Notes: generated from the letters alone by a model not told the origin. A stretch of 40,734 nt of DNA from Euryarchaeota archaeon UBA220 (GCA_002501885.1 DAON01000015.1:1-40734), one strand, 5' to 3'; positions 17,979-28,179 are shown, counted from the first letter of the stretch. Translations and numbers: made by a program.

Positions 17979-18641
17979 ATGGTTCTGGGAGATGACTCTC
18001 TAGATGAGGCCAGTCAGGCTGCTGATACGGCCACAGTATCTGGAGCCGATAACGCTACTTCGGCCTACAACATGGAGATGATGGAGTCTATTGTTCAAAG
18101 ACTCAAACCAGAAGATCGCCATCAAATTAGAGATATGATTTCTGAGCGAGGAAGGACATCCGGAGCGCTCGCAATTGCCTCAATCCTGTTTTGGTGGCTG
18201 GCTATTCACAATGGAGGCGACACGCTGGGCGACACCGACTTACCCAACTCGATGATTGGCGACTTCACTTTCTACCGACTAAGCCTCATTGTCCCCGGTC
18301 TTACCTTGGTTGCAACGATTCTATTGACCATGGGTAGGGAGAAGGGACAGTCTCTGCCCTCCAACGCTGGCGGAGTATTGGCCGTTTTGGCTGCCTTCTT
18401 CGTCCTAGAGCCGGTCGGTAGAGCGTTGTTGATGGGGGACATCGATACGGATGATTCTCTAGTTGCCTCCGGAAGACTAGCAATTCTAGCAACCCTAATT
18501 CATCTAGCCACGAAGATGCAAGTCGACTCAATTCTATTGGAGTGGGTTCGAGGTTCGATGATGAGTATGGACATCGATGTAACTCCAGAACAAGAGAACT
18601 CTATGGAGAGTCATGCTGATGAAGCCCCCCCTCTCGTCTGA
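17979..18641 (+). CDS. Hypothetical membrane protein (about 4 TM), acidic termini
   Basis: The ORF has hydrophobic helices and no recognisable domain. Only a 5-nt gap separates it from the trm56 start. Its own start is uncertain (internal Met at MEMMESIV). Confidence 0.5.
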   Translation: MVLGDDSLDEASQAADTATVSGADNATSAYNMEMMESIVQRLKPEDRHQIRDMISERGRTSGALAIASILFWWLAIHNGGDTLGDTDLPNSMIGDFTFYRLSLIVPGLTLVATILLTMGREKGQSLPSNAGGVLAVLAAFFVLEPVGRALLMGDIDTDDSLVASGRLAILATLIHLATKMQVDSILLEWVRGSMMSMDIDVTPEQENSMESHADEAPPLV

Positions 18642-18646
18642 GGGCG

Positions 18647-19189
18647 ATGACCGGCGATTTCAGAGTCTCAGTTCTCAGGCTCGGGCATCGCCGAGAGCGT
18701 GACAAGAGAATTACTTCTCATCTGGGACTGACTGCTCGCGCATTTGGTGCGGATGAAGTAATCTTATCAGGCGAGGAAGATGACTCAGCCCTAGAGACAT
18801 GGAACTCGGTCTCAGAAAGATTCGGAGGGGCGCTCGAATGCCGTTTCGAGGCCAAGCCAATGAGTTGGTTGAGGGAATTTGCTAAATCGGCAACAGTAAT
18901 TCATCTCACAATGTATGGTGAGCCATGGAGGGATGTGACAGGAAGTATCCCTAAAGACAAGCCTGCAGTCATTGTTGTAGGCGGCACAAAGGTTCCTGCA
19001 GAAGTTTTCTCAATTGCAGACCATAATGTCTCTATCGGTAATCAGCCACACTCAGAAGTAGCAGCACTTGGAGTGTTCATGGACTCCTGGTTAGGGCCCA
19101 TTGAAGAATCCACAATATTCTCTGGAGGACAGATAGAAGTCGTGCCCAGCGAGCGCGGGAAGAATGTAGTAAATCATGAGGAAGAATGA
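18647..19189 (+). CDS. trm56: tRNA (cytidine56-2'-O)-methyltransferase (aTrm56, SPOUT)
   Basis: LRLGHRRERDKRITSHLGLTARAFGADEV matches the archaeal Trm56 N-terminal signature. The size of 180 aa fits. Confidence 0.85.
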   Translation: MTGDFRVSVLRLGHRRERDKRITSHLGLTARAFGADEVILSGEEDDSALETWNSVSERFGGALECRFEAKPMSWLREFAKSATVIHLTMYGEPWRDVTGSIPKDKPAVIVVGGTKVPAEVFSIADHNVSIGNQPHSEVAALGVFMDSWLGPIEESTIFSGGQIEVVPSERGKNVVNHEEE

Positions 19190-19225
19190 GACAATCGGGA
19201 CTATTAATCCGAAAACTGATTCTCA

Positions 19226-20596
19226 ATGATTAAGAGGGGCACTCAAACACGATTGCTGATGTCGGGTACGACACAGCCTCGGGGCTTCATCCCCGGCGCT
19301 GGCGTTCCGGGTGTTTCTAACCCTCCATCCTTCCAAGATGCTGCCGACCCGCTACTCGAAATCTCGGAGCACCAACAGCCAAGTGGTTCGCCCGGATTAC
19401 TTCTGTTGGCCGATGGAACCAGCTATCGTGGAAGTCTGTTTGGATCAGAGAGAATTGCACAAGGCGAACTAGTTTTCACTACTGGAATGTGTGGCTATCA
19501 AGAGAGCCTTACAGACCCATCTTTCGCTGGTCAAGTACTAACTTTCACATGGCCACTATTAGGGAACTACGGTATCCATCCAGGTATTTCTGAGTCATCC
19601 AAGGTCCATCCAAGAGGGGTCGTCTGTAAGCAGTTGATGGCCAACCCTGACCACAGAGATTCAGTGGGCAGTGTACATGACTTCCTAGCAGCACATGGTG
19701 TTCCTGGAATACAGGGAGTCGACACTAGGACTCTGACCAGAAGAGTCAGAGAGTACGGAACCGTTCTGTGTGTTTTCGGTCCAGAAGAAAGCGCGGATGA
19801 AATGCGAAAGATTCTCTCCGAAATGACTCCTCCAGATGCAGACGATCTCGTTGCTTCTGTTTCAAGAGAAGATGCAACCCTTCTCAATCCGGGCGCGACC
19901 GATGACCAAGGTAATCCACTCCCCCGTCTAGCAGCTCTCGATTGTGGTGTCAAGTACAACATTCTGAGAGAATTATGCCAACGCTTCGAAGTCGTCTGGT
20001 GCCCAGCCTCTATGCCATTTGACCAAATTATGTCCGAATGGGAGCCAGACGCTCTATTTGCTTCCAATGGGCCGGGGGACCCAGCTCACCTCGGTGACGC
20101 AACAATTGCCAGAGAATCTCTTGCTGCTGCAGTTCGGGCTGATATGCCTGTGATGGGGATTTGTCTCGGCCATCAATTGATGGGACTGGCAGCAGGTCTG
20201 CGAACCTACAAGCTGAGATATGGCCACAGAGGCGCCAATCAACCAGTAGTGGATTTGGAGACGGGTAGAGTTCACATCACTAGTCAGAACCACGGTTTTG
20301 CAGTCGAAGATCCAGAGAAGGGAATGCTTGCCCCACACCCTACCGGGGCGTGTTCAGAAGCCGGGGAGAATACTTTGCAGGCAGACTTCACAGTGCGGCA
20401 TGTGAATGCCAACGACCGCACTGTAGAGGGCTTGGATTTGGTTGGCAAGCCCGCATTTACAATCCAGTTTCACCCTGAGGCCTGCCCAGGGCCACACGAT
20501 GCATCTCCATTGTTCGACCGCTTCTCAGAGATTGTAGCGAATCATCTCACTGACGGGCCAAAGGCCGTTGCTAGGAGAGGTGATGGCTATGCCTAG
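19226..20596 (+). CDS. carA: Carbamoyl-phosphate synthase small (glutaminase) subunit
   Basis: LLLADGTSYRGSLFG, FTWPLLGNYG, the catalytic GICLGHQL, and HPE near the C-terminus. The start is uncertain, with about 55 aa preceding the conserved core. Confidence 0.9.
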   Translation: MIKRGTQTRLLMSGTTQPRGFIPGAGVPGVSNPPSFQDAADPLLEISEHQQPSGSPGLLLLADGTSYRGSLFGSERIAQGELVFTTGMCGYQESLTDPSFAGQVLTFTWPLLGNYGIHPGISESSKVHPRGVVCKQLMANPDHRDSVGSVHDFLAAHGVPGIQGVDTRTLTRRVREYGTVLCVFGPEESADEMRKILSEMTPPDADDLVASVSREDATLLNPGATDDQGNPLPRLAALDCGVKYNILRELCQRFEVVWCPASMPFDQIMSEWEPDALFASNGPGDPAHLGDATIARESLAAAVRADMPVMGICLGHQLMGLAAGLRTYKLRYGHRGANQPVVDLETGRVHITSQNHGFAVEDPEKGMLAPHPTGACSEAGENTLQADFTVRHVNANDRTVEGLDLVGKPAFTIQFHPEACPGPHDASPLFDRFSEIVANHLTDGPKAVARRGDGYA

Positions 20597-23500
20597 AAGA
20601 GACGATATCAATAAAGTCGTAATTCTTGGTAGCGGCCCAATAAGAATCGGTCAGGCCGCTGAATTCGATTTCTCGGGTTCGCAGGCGTGTAGGGCACTAA
20701 GGGCCGATGGCTACGAAGTCGTGCTAATCAACTCAAATCCTGCAACTATTCAAAATGATCCTGAGATGGCAGACAGAATCTACATTGAACCACTTCTTCC
20801 AGATGTGGTCAAGCGAATAATGGAAGTTGAGAAGCCAGATGCATTGTTAGCAGGAATGGGAGGCCAGACTGCACTAAATATCGCCACTGCTCTGGCTCAT
20901 GACGGCTCACTAGATGAGTTGGGCGTCGAGTTGATTGGATGCAACCTAGCAGCGATTGATGAAGCAGAAGACAGAGATCTTTTCAAGAAAGTCTGCGAAG
21001 AAATTGACCTACCAGTTTGCAAGGCTATTGCATGCGATTCTATAGAGCAAGTTCTAGATTCGGTAGACAAGTTGGGAGGATTTCCTCTTCTCATCAGACC
21101 GGCTTTCACTTTGGGTGGTTTAGGAGGAGGGACTGCACATAACACGGGCGAATTAGTAGAGATTGCAAGTCAGGGCATACTCCACTCTGCAATTGGACAA
21201 GTCTTGATTGAGGAAAGCATCCTAGGCTGGCAAGAGCACGAGTATGAGGTTATGCGCGATGGCGCTGACAATTCAATCATCGTATGTACGATGGAAAATC
21301 TAGATCCGATGGGAGTCCATACTGGGGAATCAGTTGTCGTTGCACCTCAGCAGACCTTGTCCGATCGCGACCATCAGATGCTTAGAGATGCCGCGCTGAA
21401 ACTAATCAGAAGACTCAACATCAAGGGCGGATGCAATGTTCAGTTTGCAGTTGAACAATCTACAGGAGAGTATAGGGTCATTGAAGTCAACCCTAGAGTA
21501 TCGCGATCATCCGCCCTTGCCTCCAAGGCTACTGGTTATCCAATTGCTAGAATGGCCGCACTGATTGCGGTGGGCTACACTCTAGATGAACTGCCAAATC
21601 CAATCACAGGAGAAGGCACCACAGCAGCCTTCGAGCCCACATTGGATTACTGCGTAGTCAAGATTCCACGCTGGCCCTTTGACAAGTTCCGAACCGCTGA
21701 TCGAACCATCGGGACCTCAATGAAATCAACCGGCGAAGTGATGGCCATCGGTCGCTGCTTCGAGGAAGCTTTCCTCAAGGCATGGGCTAGTCTGGAGTAC
21801 GGACAACCTCACCCAAGACCTCTGACAATGGCCGATGCATCCGGCGGCGAATCAATGGATGAGCGAGCTTTCGAACCACTGCCCGAGGCACTGCTTGAGG
21901 ATTGGCTGAGAATTCCTTCAGACAGACGTATGGGGGCGCTATTCGAGGCTTTCCGGAGAGGCTACTCGATTGAGGATGTCAGGGATATGTCAGGCGGTGT
22001 TACCAGATGGTTCCTTCACCGATTTGAGAATATGGCAGCAATCGAAACTGAGATCAGGGCTGCTGGAGAAATCGGACTCTCTATTTCAGAGATACCAGAT
22101 TCTGAGATGAGATTATGGAAGGGGGCTGGATTCACTGATCTTCACATAGCAGATGCGCTTGCAGGATTCCCCGAATCCGGCTACAAGATGCTGCCCGAAG
22201 GAATGAATGAGGCTGCAGTCACTCACAGAAGACACGAACTAGGAATTCATCCGGTATTCCGAATGGTCGATTCCTGCGCAGCCGAGTTCGCCGCAGTCAC
22301 CCCTTACTACTATGCCACATATGAGGGTGGAGCCGCACCCGTTGGGGTCGACTATGTTCCCGGATTAGACGAGTCTCTCAAACAGAGAATTGTGGTGATT
22401 GGATCTGGCCCGATTCGAATTGGACAAGGAATCGAGTTTGACTACGGTTGTGTTCATGCAGTCGGCGCTATTCGTGACTTAGGCCACGAGGCTATCATCA
22501 TAAACAACAATCCAGAGACAGTCTCAACTGACTTCGATACCAGCGACAGACTCTACTTTGACCCGCTAACTCTGGAATTCGTCTCCGAGGTCCTACTCAG
22601 AGAGAGGGCACACGGAATACTCCTACAGTTCGGCGGTCAAACCGCGATCAATCTTGCACTACCTCTGGCCGGAAACATGCCTCACCTTTCCTCAATGGGA
22701 CTGCATCTTGTGATGGAAGGAACTTCGCCCGATGCAGTGGATGAGGCGAGTGATAGAGAGAGATTCGAGGCCTTCGCAGCCAGAAATGGACTAAGGATGC
22801 CACGCGGCTCCACAGCTACCACTCCCGAAGAAGTCAGAAGAGCAGTGCATGAGATTGGATACCCGGTTTTGATCCGACCATCCTATGTCCTAGGTGGGCG
22901 TGGGATGGAGATTCTCTCGAATGACAAGCAACTGGATGCCTACATGGGTGAAGCCTACCTTGCACCTGACAGGCCCCTGCTAATCGATGAGTACCTAGGG
23001 AATGCCATCGAACTCGATGTTGATGCAGTGTGCGATGGAGACGAAGTGCTGGTCGGCGCAATAATGGAACACCTCGAAGAAGCTGGAATCCACTCTGGAG
23101 ACTCGACCTGTTTTATTCCTCCTCAGAACATCGCAGAGCATGTACTCGCAGAAGTAGAGGATTGGACTAAGCGCATTGGAGTGGAGTTGGGAATCAGAGG
23201 CTGTTTCAACATCCAGTATGCAATCCGTGACGAAGTTCTGTATGTGCTTGAAGTAAACCCTCGGGGCTCCCGTACATTCCCATTCGTGGCTAAGGCCACC
23301 GGAGTTCCACTGGCTAGAATAGCAGCCAGACTAGCAATAGGTGACAAGCTAGCAGACCTAGATATCCCGGTTCCTCAGACAGATGCAGTCTGTGTCAAGG
23401 CACCAGTTTTCCCATTCATCAAATTGAGAGGGCTAGATCCCGCTCCTGGTCCCGAGATGAAATCTACTGGCGAGGTTATGGGATCCCACGCAAGAGCATC

Positions 23501-23954
23501 CGCTGCATACCTGAAGGCTAGGCTAGCAACTGAACTTCCTGTCCCAGTTGAGGGAGGAGTATACATCACCGTCAAGGATGGAGATAAGTTAGGCATCATT
23601 GACGAGGCCCGCAGACTACAGGAGATGGGTTTCACACTGTATGCAACTCGTGGGACAGCACATGTGCTGCGAGATGTCGGAGGGCTTGATGTCCAGACCT
23701 GTTACAGAATCGCAGAACGCCGTAGCCCAGATGCTCTGGACCTGATGAGACAGGGCAAGATACACCTAATCATCAACACTCCACGCTCGACAGGTGGAGC
23801 AGTGCTCGATGGCAATATGATGCGCAGACTCGCAGTTGAGTTGAACATTCCATTCGTTACTACAATGGCTGGTGCTCATATGGAAGTCGAGGCGATTGCA
23901 GAGGCAATGAATGGAATGCCGGAGCCGCGATTACTAGAGATCGGCTCACTCTAA
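20589..23954 (+). CDS. carB: Carbamoyl-phosphate synthase large subunit
   Basis: MPRRDDINKVVILGSGPIRIGQAAEFDFSGSQA is repeated in the second half (IVVIGSGPIRIGQGIEFDYGCVHA), showing two ATP-grasp halves. A GAGGTGA SD lies 6 nt upstream of ATG 20589, which overlaps the carA 3' end. Confidence 0.95.
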   Translation: MPRRDDINKVVILGSGPIRIGQAAEFDFSGSQACRALRADGYEVVLINSNPATIQNDPEMADRIYIEPLLPDVVKRIMEVEKPDALLAGMGGQTALNIATALAHDGSLDELGVELIGCNLAAIDEAEDRDLFKKVCEEIDLPVCKAIACDSIEQVLDSVDKLGGFPLLIRPAFTLGGLGGGTAHNTGELVEIASQGILHSAIGQVLIEESILGWQEHEYEVMRDGADNSIIVCTMENLDPMGVHTGESVVVAPQQTLSDRDHQMLRDAALKLIRRLNIKGGCNVQFAVEQSTGEYRVIEVNPRVSRSSALASKATGYPIARMAALIAVGYTLDELPNPITGEGTTAAFEPTLDYCVVKIPRWPFDKFRTADRTIGTSMKSTGEVMAIGRCFEEAFLKAWASLEYGQPHPRPLTMADASGGESMDERAFEPLPEALLEDWLRIPSDRRMGALFEAFRRGYSIEDVRDMSGGVTRWFLHRFENMAAIETEIRAAGEIGLSISEIPDSEMRLWKGAGFTDLHIADALAGFPESGYKMLPEGMNEAAVTHRRHELGIHPVFRMVDSCAAEFAAVTPYYYATYEGGAAPVGVDYVPGLDESLKQRIVVIGSGPIRIGQGIEFDYGCVHAVGAIRDLGHEAIIINNNPETVSTDFDTSDRLYFDPLTLEFVSEVLLRERAHGILLQFGGQTAINLALPLAGNMPHLSSMGLHLVMEGTSPDAVDEASDRERFEAFAARNGLRMPRGSTATTPEEVRRAVHEIGYPVLIRPSYVLGGRGMEILSNDKQLDAYMGEAYLAPDRPLLIDEYLGNAIELDVDAVCDGDEVLVGAIMEHLEEAGIHSGDSTCFIPPQNIAEHVLAEVEDWTKRIGVELGIRGCFNIQYAIRDEVLYVLEVNPRGSRTFPFVAKATGVPLARIAARLAIGDKLADLDIPVPQTDAVCVKAPVFPFIKLRGLDPAPGPEMKSTGEVMGSHARASAAYLKARLATELPVPVEGGVYITVKDGDKLGIIDEARRLQEMGFTLYATRGTAHVLRDVGGLDVQTCYRIAERRSPDALDLMRQGKIHLIINTPRSTGGAVLDGNMMRRLAVELNIPFVTTMAGAHMEVEAIAEAMNGMPEPRLLEIGSL

Positions 23955-23967
23955 ATCAGACGCTACC

Positions 23968-25545
23968 CTATAATTCATCGATAAGGGACATTACATGCTC
24001 ACTTTCCATCTCGGCCATCAAAGAGGACGCCTTGGGTCCATGGCCTTTACCTAGAATGACCCAATATAGTGCGATGTAAGCATCTCTGCCTCCGATGCCA
24101 GTTTTAGATGCAATCAACTTGATACTACTGCTGATTTCATCCTCTTCCCAATCACAATCAGCAAGTCTTTCGCCCAAGGCAGATAGGAATACGACTTGGT
24201 CGCCGGTGAGATTCTCTCGGACTTCGTTAGATATCTTGGAACGAATCTCTATCTTCGCAGCATCTGGGAAGTGCGCTCCATCTACCCAGTTCCTCATTCT
24301 GCGCAATCTTCCTGATAGTGAATCTCTAGGTTTTCCTTCTAGGTGTCCAGACTTTCTCAGCGAATTCCACACATCTTCATCACTCGATTTTATCTGGGCT
24401 AACATAGATAGGTGGCGGAAGGAAACTCCTGCAACCGAATCCGCAGGATCTCCTCCTCTTTTCGTCTGGCTAAGTCTCAGTGAACCGAGCTGAGTGTCTC
24501 GAGCTATCTGTTGGCGACGAGACAAATCCCCATCTGAGCCGCCCGGAGGATTGGCAACCAATCGCTCGTATTCATCAGCAGTTTCGAAGAGGGCAGGGCC
24601 AGTATCAAAGTCAATATGCCGCCCTACCTTACTTCGTGCAATCACATAGCGCATTATCTCCGGCGGAACTAGTGCCAGAGCATCCATAGGTCCTACAGTC
24701 AAACCCGTAGAGCTAGACATAGGCCCCATTCCCTTGAGTTGTATCCACTCATATACCATCTTGTGAGGAGGCTCGCTGCCTAACATCTCGCAGATTGGTA
24801 TTCCAGTATCGTAACTACCTCCAGCAGCACCGTGGTCCTTCCCTGCCGGCTCGCAGGTAATCCCATGAATCCCCCACTTGGCAGCCCAGTCTACTCTCCA
24901 GGGCATCTTGCCCTCAGCAGTTCTGATATCTGATTTACCCTCTACTCCGTGCCTATCTGTCCAGTACACATATGGGCGTTCGTAACCCGTAACTGTGACA
25001 CCGTCCAGACTGCCGTCTGAGCCCACTGGGTTGTAGGGATACCAGTCTTCTGGGACTTCTCTACCTGAGATGTCTTCGATAGTCTTACGAATTTCTTCTC
25101 GCTGCTCTATTGCTGAGTGAGTTTTTTCTGCAAAAGCTCCACTTTCGTATGTCTCATGGTTCATTACCACTTCTGGCTCTACGCCTATCTCCTTCAGGGC
25201 GGCTAGGAATGGATTGAGGAAATGCTCTGCATAGCTACCACTTTCTGGGTTCGGATTCCCATTCGGGCCCGGGGCAGGGATGTAAGCGAGTGGGTGGCCG
25301 ATGTACTGCTCATAATCGGCAGATAGGAAATCATAGACTCTGCGAAGAGGGTCCATCGAATCTACAATGAAGATATATCTGGATTCCATTCCAGCATCTA
25401 GGCAAGCACGATGAATCATCTCTGCAGTTAGAATCTCACGCAGATGTCCAACATGGAATTCTCCAGAAGGAGTAATTCCCGAAGCAATGACCTGCGAGCC
25501 GCCCCGTTTTGAGAGCGTCTGCGCGGTATGGTCCGCCCAGTGCAT
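23968..25545 (-). CDS. lysK: Lysine--tRNA ligase, class I
   Basis: ASGITPSGEFHVGHLREILT is the class I HIGH region and GPMSSSTG is a KMSKS-like loop. At 525 aa the architecture is the archaeal class I LysRS. Confidence 0.9.
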   Translation of the reverse strand: MHWADHTAQTLSKRGGSQVIASGITPSGEFHVGHLREILTAEMIHRACLDAGMESRYIFIVDSMDPLRRVYDFLSADYEQYIGHPLAYIPAPGPNGNPNPESGSYAEHFLNPFLAALKEIGVEPEVVMNHETYESGAFAEKTHSAIEQREEIRKTIEDISGREVPEDWYPYNPVGSDGSLDGVTVTGYERPYVYWTDRHGVEGKSDIRTAEGKMPWRVDWAAKWGIHGITCEPAGKDHGAAGGSYDTGIPICEMLGSEPPHKMVYEWIQLKGMGPMSSSTGLTVGPMDALALVPPEIMRYVIARSKVGRHIDFDTGPALFETADEYERLVANPPGGSDGDLSRRQQIARDTQLGSLRLSQTKRGGDPADSVAGVSFRHLSMLAQIKSSDEDVWNSLRKSGHLEGKPRDSLSGRLRRMRNWVDGAHFPDAAKIEIRSKISNEVRENLTGDQVVFLSALGERLADCDWEEDEISSSIKLIASKTGIGGRDAYIALYWVILGKGHGPKASSLMAEMESEHVMSLIDEL

Positions 25546-25554
25546 TTGACTCCC

Positions 25555-26139
25555 TCAGACTGTTACCACTCTGACTAGTCCGCGGAGAGGCACGCCCTCG
25601 AGTTCGTTATTGTTCGACTTGTTCGCGAGAACCATACAGAGTTTGACGTCAGCACCTGCTGACCTGAGGTTCCTGATGGTCTTACGCATCGTTCTTCCAG
25701 AGGATATCACATCGTCTACTACAACAACGCGCTTACCTGAGACTCCAGCGAAGACCTCCGAGAGATGACCTCCCTCGTCTTCACTGATACTTCTACTAAT
25801 TGACAAATCTAGATCCATCTGTCCTGCTATTGCTTGAGCAAAAGCGATTCCATTGAGACTGATACCTACAATTGCATCGACCTCGTCCCCAATCTCCTCA
25901 TCGATGATATCAACAAAAATGTATGAGGCGGCTTCTATCCTGCCTGCCTTGACAGCAATCGAGCGCCAACCAACTCTGATGTCCGAAGGCCTCTCTTCTG
26001 AAGCGGCACCACTAGAGGAAAGCCAATCTATGGTGGTCTGAGACAAAGACAACTCATCTGCAATCTGCTGAGTATTCAGACCTTTCTTGCGATACTGCTC
26101 GACCTTGCCTCGCAACTCCTCTATACTGACTGGCATCAA
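25555..26139 (-). CDS. HTH plus type-I phosphoribosyltransferase-domain protein (GfcR/PyrE-like regulator)
   Basis: An N-terminal HTH-like segment (GLNTQQIADELSLSQTTIDW) is followed by the PRPP-binding loop VVVVDDVISSGRT. Confidence 0.7.
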   Translation of the reverse strand: MMPVSIEELRGKVEQYRKKGLNTQQIADELSLSQTTIDWLSSSGAASEERPSDIRVGWRSIAVKAGRIEAASYIFVDIIDEEIGDEVDAIVGISLNGIAFAQAIAGQMDLDLSISRSISEDEGGHLSEVFAGVSGKRVVVVDDVISSGRTMRKTIRNLRSAGADVKLCMVLANKSNNNELEGVPLRGLVRVVTV

Positions 26140-26203
26140 ACCGTCCCACTGACGGGCATCTATGAACCCACCGACAGTAGATTATGGGAAATCCTATTTT
26201 GTC

Positions 26204-26653
26204 TCAGAATCGGCCTGTACTGCCGAATCCGCCTTCGCCCCTCTCGGTTTCTCCTAGTTCCTCAAACGAAACCTCAGTGAAAGCAACCTCCGGGATGGGT
26301 GAAATGAGCAATTGAGCAATTCTTTCGCCCTCAGTTACGGTGTACGAGTCTCCTTCGCCAATCCAAGTCATTAGAACGAACAACTCGCCACGGTAGTCAG
26401 CGTCGATAGTGCCTATGCTATGAGGAAGAATCAGACCCTTGGAGCCTAATGATGAGCGGGCCCTAACCTGCCCCTCATAACCAACCGGAATTGCAACATG
26501 CACCCCAGTCCTCAATTTCACACTCTTCCTGAATGGAACTTCGGTGTCTTCGAGAGCATACAGATCCCATCCAGCAGCGTGTTTACTGCCCATAGTTGGC
26601 ATCTTAGCATTGGGATGCATGAGGGCTACCTTGACTTCGAGGTCCGCGCCCAT
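26204..26653 (-). CDS. dut: dUTP diphosphatase (trimeric dUTPase)
   Basis: AAGWDLYA, RSSLGSKG, GTIDADYRGEL and C-terminal GGFGSTG motifs. The ATG at 26653 (MGADLEVKV) is preferred over the longer ORF, which would overlap the divergent aIF2-beta gene. Confidence 0.88.
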   Translation of the reverse strand: MGADLEVKVALMHPNAKMPTMGSKHAAGWDLYALEDTEVPFRKSVKLRTGVHVAIPVGYEGQVRARSSLGSKGLILPHSIGTIDADYRGELFVLMTWIGEGDSYTVTEGERIAQLLISPIPEVAFTEVSFEELGETERGEGGFGSTGRF

Positions 26654-26741
26654 GGCATTGCCGCACGGTTCGGTTCTTTGAGCGTTCGCAAGTCCATCAG
26701 GCCCCGGTGAGGTGAAAAAGGAGCCACGGTTCGCCAAGCCG

Positions 26742-27152
26742 ATGAGCGACTACAACTACGATGACCTATTGGACCGCGCTCGTGAGCGCATCCCAAAGGA
26801 CATCAGCGAAAGATCACGCTGGACCATGCCTGAGCCAGATGTTCTAATCGAGGGCAGTCAGACGATTCTACGCAACTTTGCCGACATCGTCAGTGCCATG
26901 GATAGAGACGCAAATCATGTCTACCAATTCTTGCTAAACGAGCTGGGAACTTCAGGAACTCGTGAGCAGGTCCGTGTGATGTTCAAGGGAAGAGTCCCTC
27001 CAGTTCGAATCAAGGAGAAACTAGTTGCTTATGTCAAGGCATTCATCTTGTGCGGGCAGTGCCGTGCACCAGATACTAGATTTATCAAGGAAGGAAGGAC
27101 TAGTCTGCTGAAGTGCCAAGCTTGTGGCGCAACAAGGCCAGTCAAGCTCTGA
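26742..27152 (+). CDS. eif2b: Translation initiation factor aIF2 beta subunit
   Basis: N-terminus MSDYNYDDLLDRARERIP and a C-terminal zinc ribbon CGQCRAPDT...CQACGA. The alternative GTG start at 26712 cannot be excluded. Confidence 0.88.
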   Translation: MSDYNYDDLLDRARERIPKDISERSRWTMPEPDVLIEGSQTILRNFADIVSAMDRDANHVYQFLLNELGTSGTREQVRVMFKGRVPPVRIKEKLVAYVKAFILCGQCRAPDTRFIKEGRTSLLKCQACGATRPVKL

Positions 27153-27162
27153 TTACTCTTGA

Positions 27163-28179
27163 TTACGAGAAATCCAACAGAATCTTGCCCCTATTCTTAC
27201 GATCATGCATGTGCTTCTGAGCCTCAGAAACTTGCTCAAACCGCCATACTGAGTCGATAATCGGGTCGATTTTCCCCTTCAGTAACATATCCGAAAGAGC
27301 TTCTAGATGCCCCTTGAAGATTGACTCATCATCGAGTAGCCCCATATGGACTCCGAACACCGCTTTGTTAGATCTCATCATCTTCAATGGATCGAATTTT
27401 GGTGTAGTTGCCCACATACTCATGGCAGTTGCCACAGAGCGCTTTTCACCCTTGACAGCAGAAGAAGCTCCGAAGCAGTACAATTTTCCTCCCCGGCACA
27501 GGGCCTTGTATGAGCGCATCAGGTGCTTGCCACCTACTGGATCTATAGCGTGATTGACCCCCTTTCCATCTGTTAGCGACTTACAGACTGAGACGAAGTC
27601 CTCTGACTTACTGTCAACAAAGTGCATCCCCAAAGATTCTACGAATTCCTTCTTCGGAGCAGAAGCTGTTCCAATCACTTTCGAGACTCCGTAGGCCTGA
27701 CAGATTTGTGCTACTGCAGTACCAACTCCTCCGGCAGCATGGTGTACCAAAACCGTATCTCCTTCGGATAGATTGCCAAGATATACCAGCATGTGGTAGG
27801 CTGTACCATAAGTTACTGGAAGAGCTGCTGCTTGGTCAAATGATACTGAATCAGGCAGGGGAATAATCCGGTTAGAATCTAGGCACACCATCTCGGAATA
27901 GCCACCGAATCCAGTCATAGCCAAAACACGCTGACCTTCACTCAGCCCATCTACTCCTTCGCCAATTGAGAGTATTTCTCCAGCAGCTTCGTATCCTGGA
28001 GTGAATGGATAGTCAGGATTAGAGCCGTACAATCCCTGTCTCATCATCAAATCTGCAAAATTGATACCTGCACGATGAATTCTAACACATACCTCTCCAT
28101 GTCCAGGAATCAAATCATCTTCTTCGACGATTTGTATGGAATCTACACCGCCAACTTTTGGATAAACTACCTTACGCAT
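27163..28179 (-). CDS. NADPH:quinone oxidoreductase (MDR superfamily, zeta-crystallin/VAT-1-like)
   Basis: GEVCVRIHRAGINFADLMMRQGLY and the nucleotide-binding VLVHHAAGGVGTA motif. The ATG directly abuts the upstream gene's TAA, with an AGGTGA SD. Confidence 0.85.
   Translation of the reverse strand: MRKVVYPKVGGVDSIQIVEEDDLIPGHGEVCVRIHRAGINFADLMMRQGLYGSNPDYPFTPGYEAAGEILSIGEGVDGLSEGQRVLAMTGFGGYSEMVCLDSNRIIPLPDSVSFDQAAALPVTYGTAYHMLVYLGNLSEGDTVLVHHAAGGVGTAVAQICQAYGVSKVIGTASAPKKEFVESLGMHFVDSKSEDFVSVCKSLTDGKGVNHAIDPVGGKHLMRSYKALCRGGKLYCFGASSAVKGEKRSVATAMSMWATTPKFDPLKMMRSNKAVFGVHMGLLDDESIFKGHLEALSDMLLKGKIDPIIDSVWRFEQVSEAQKHMHDRKNRGKILLDFS

Noticed and set aside
19567-20067. A 166-aa minus-strand ORF antisense to carA
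   Set aside because: It lies inside a well-supported carA, has no motifs and is Ser/Arg-rich.
26654-26741. An apparent overlap of divergent dut and aIF2-beta genes when the longest ORFs are used
   Set aside because: The homology-consistent internal starts (dut ATG 26653, aIF2-beta ATG 26742) remove the overlap and leave an 88-nt divergent spacer.
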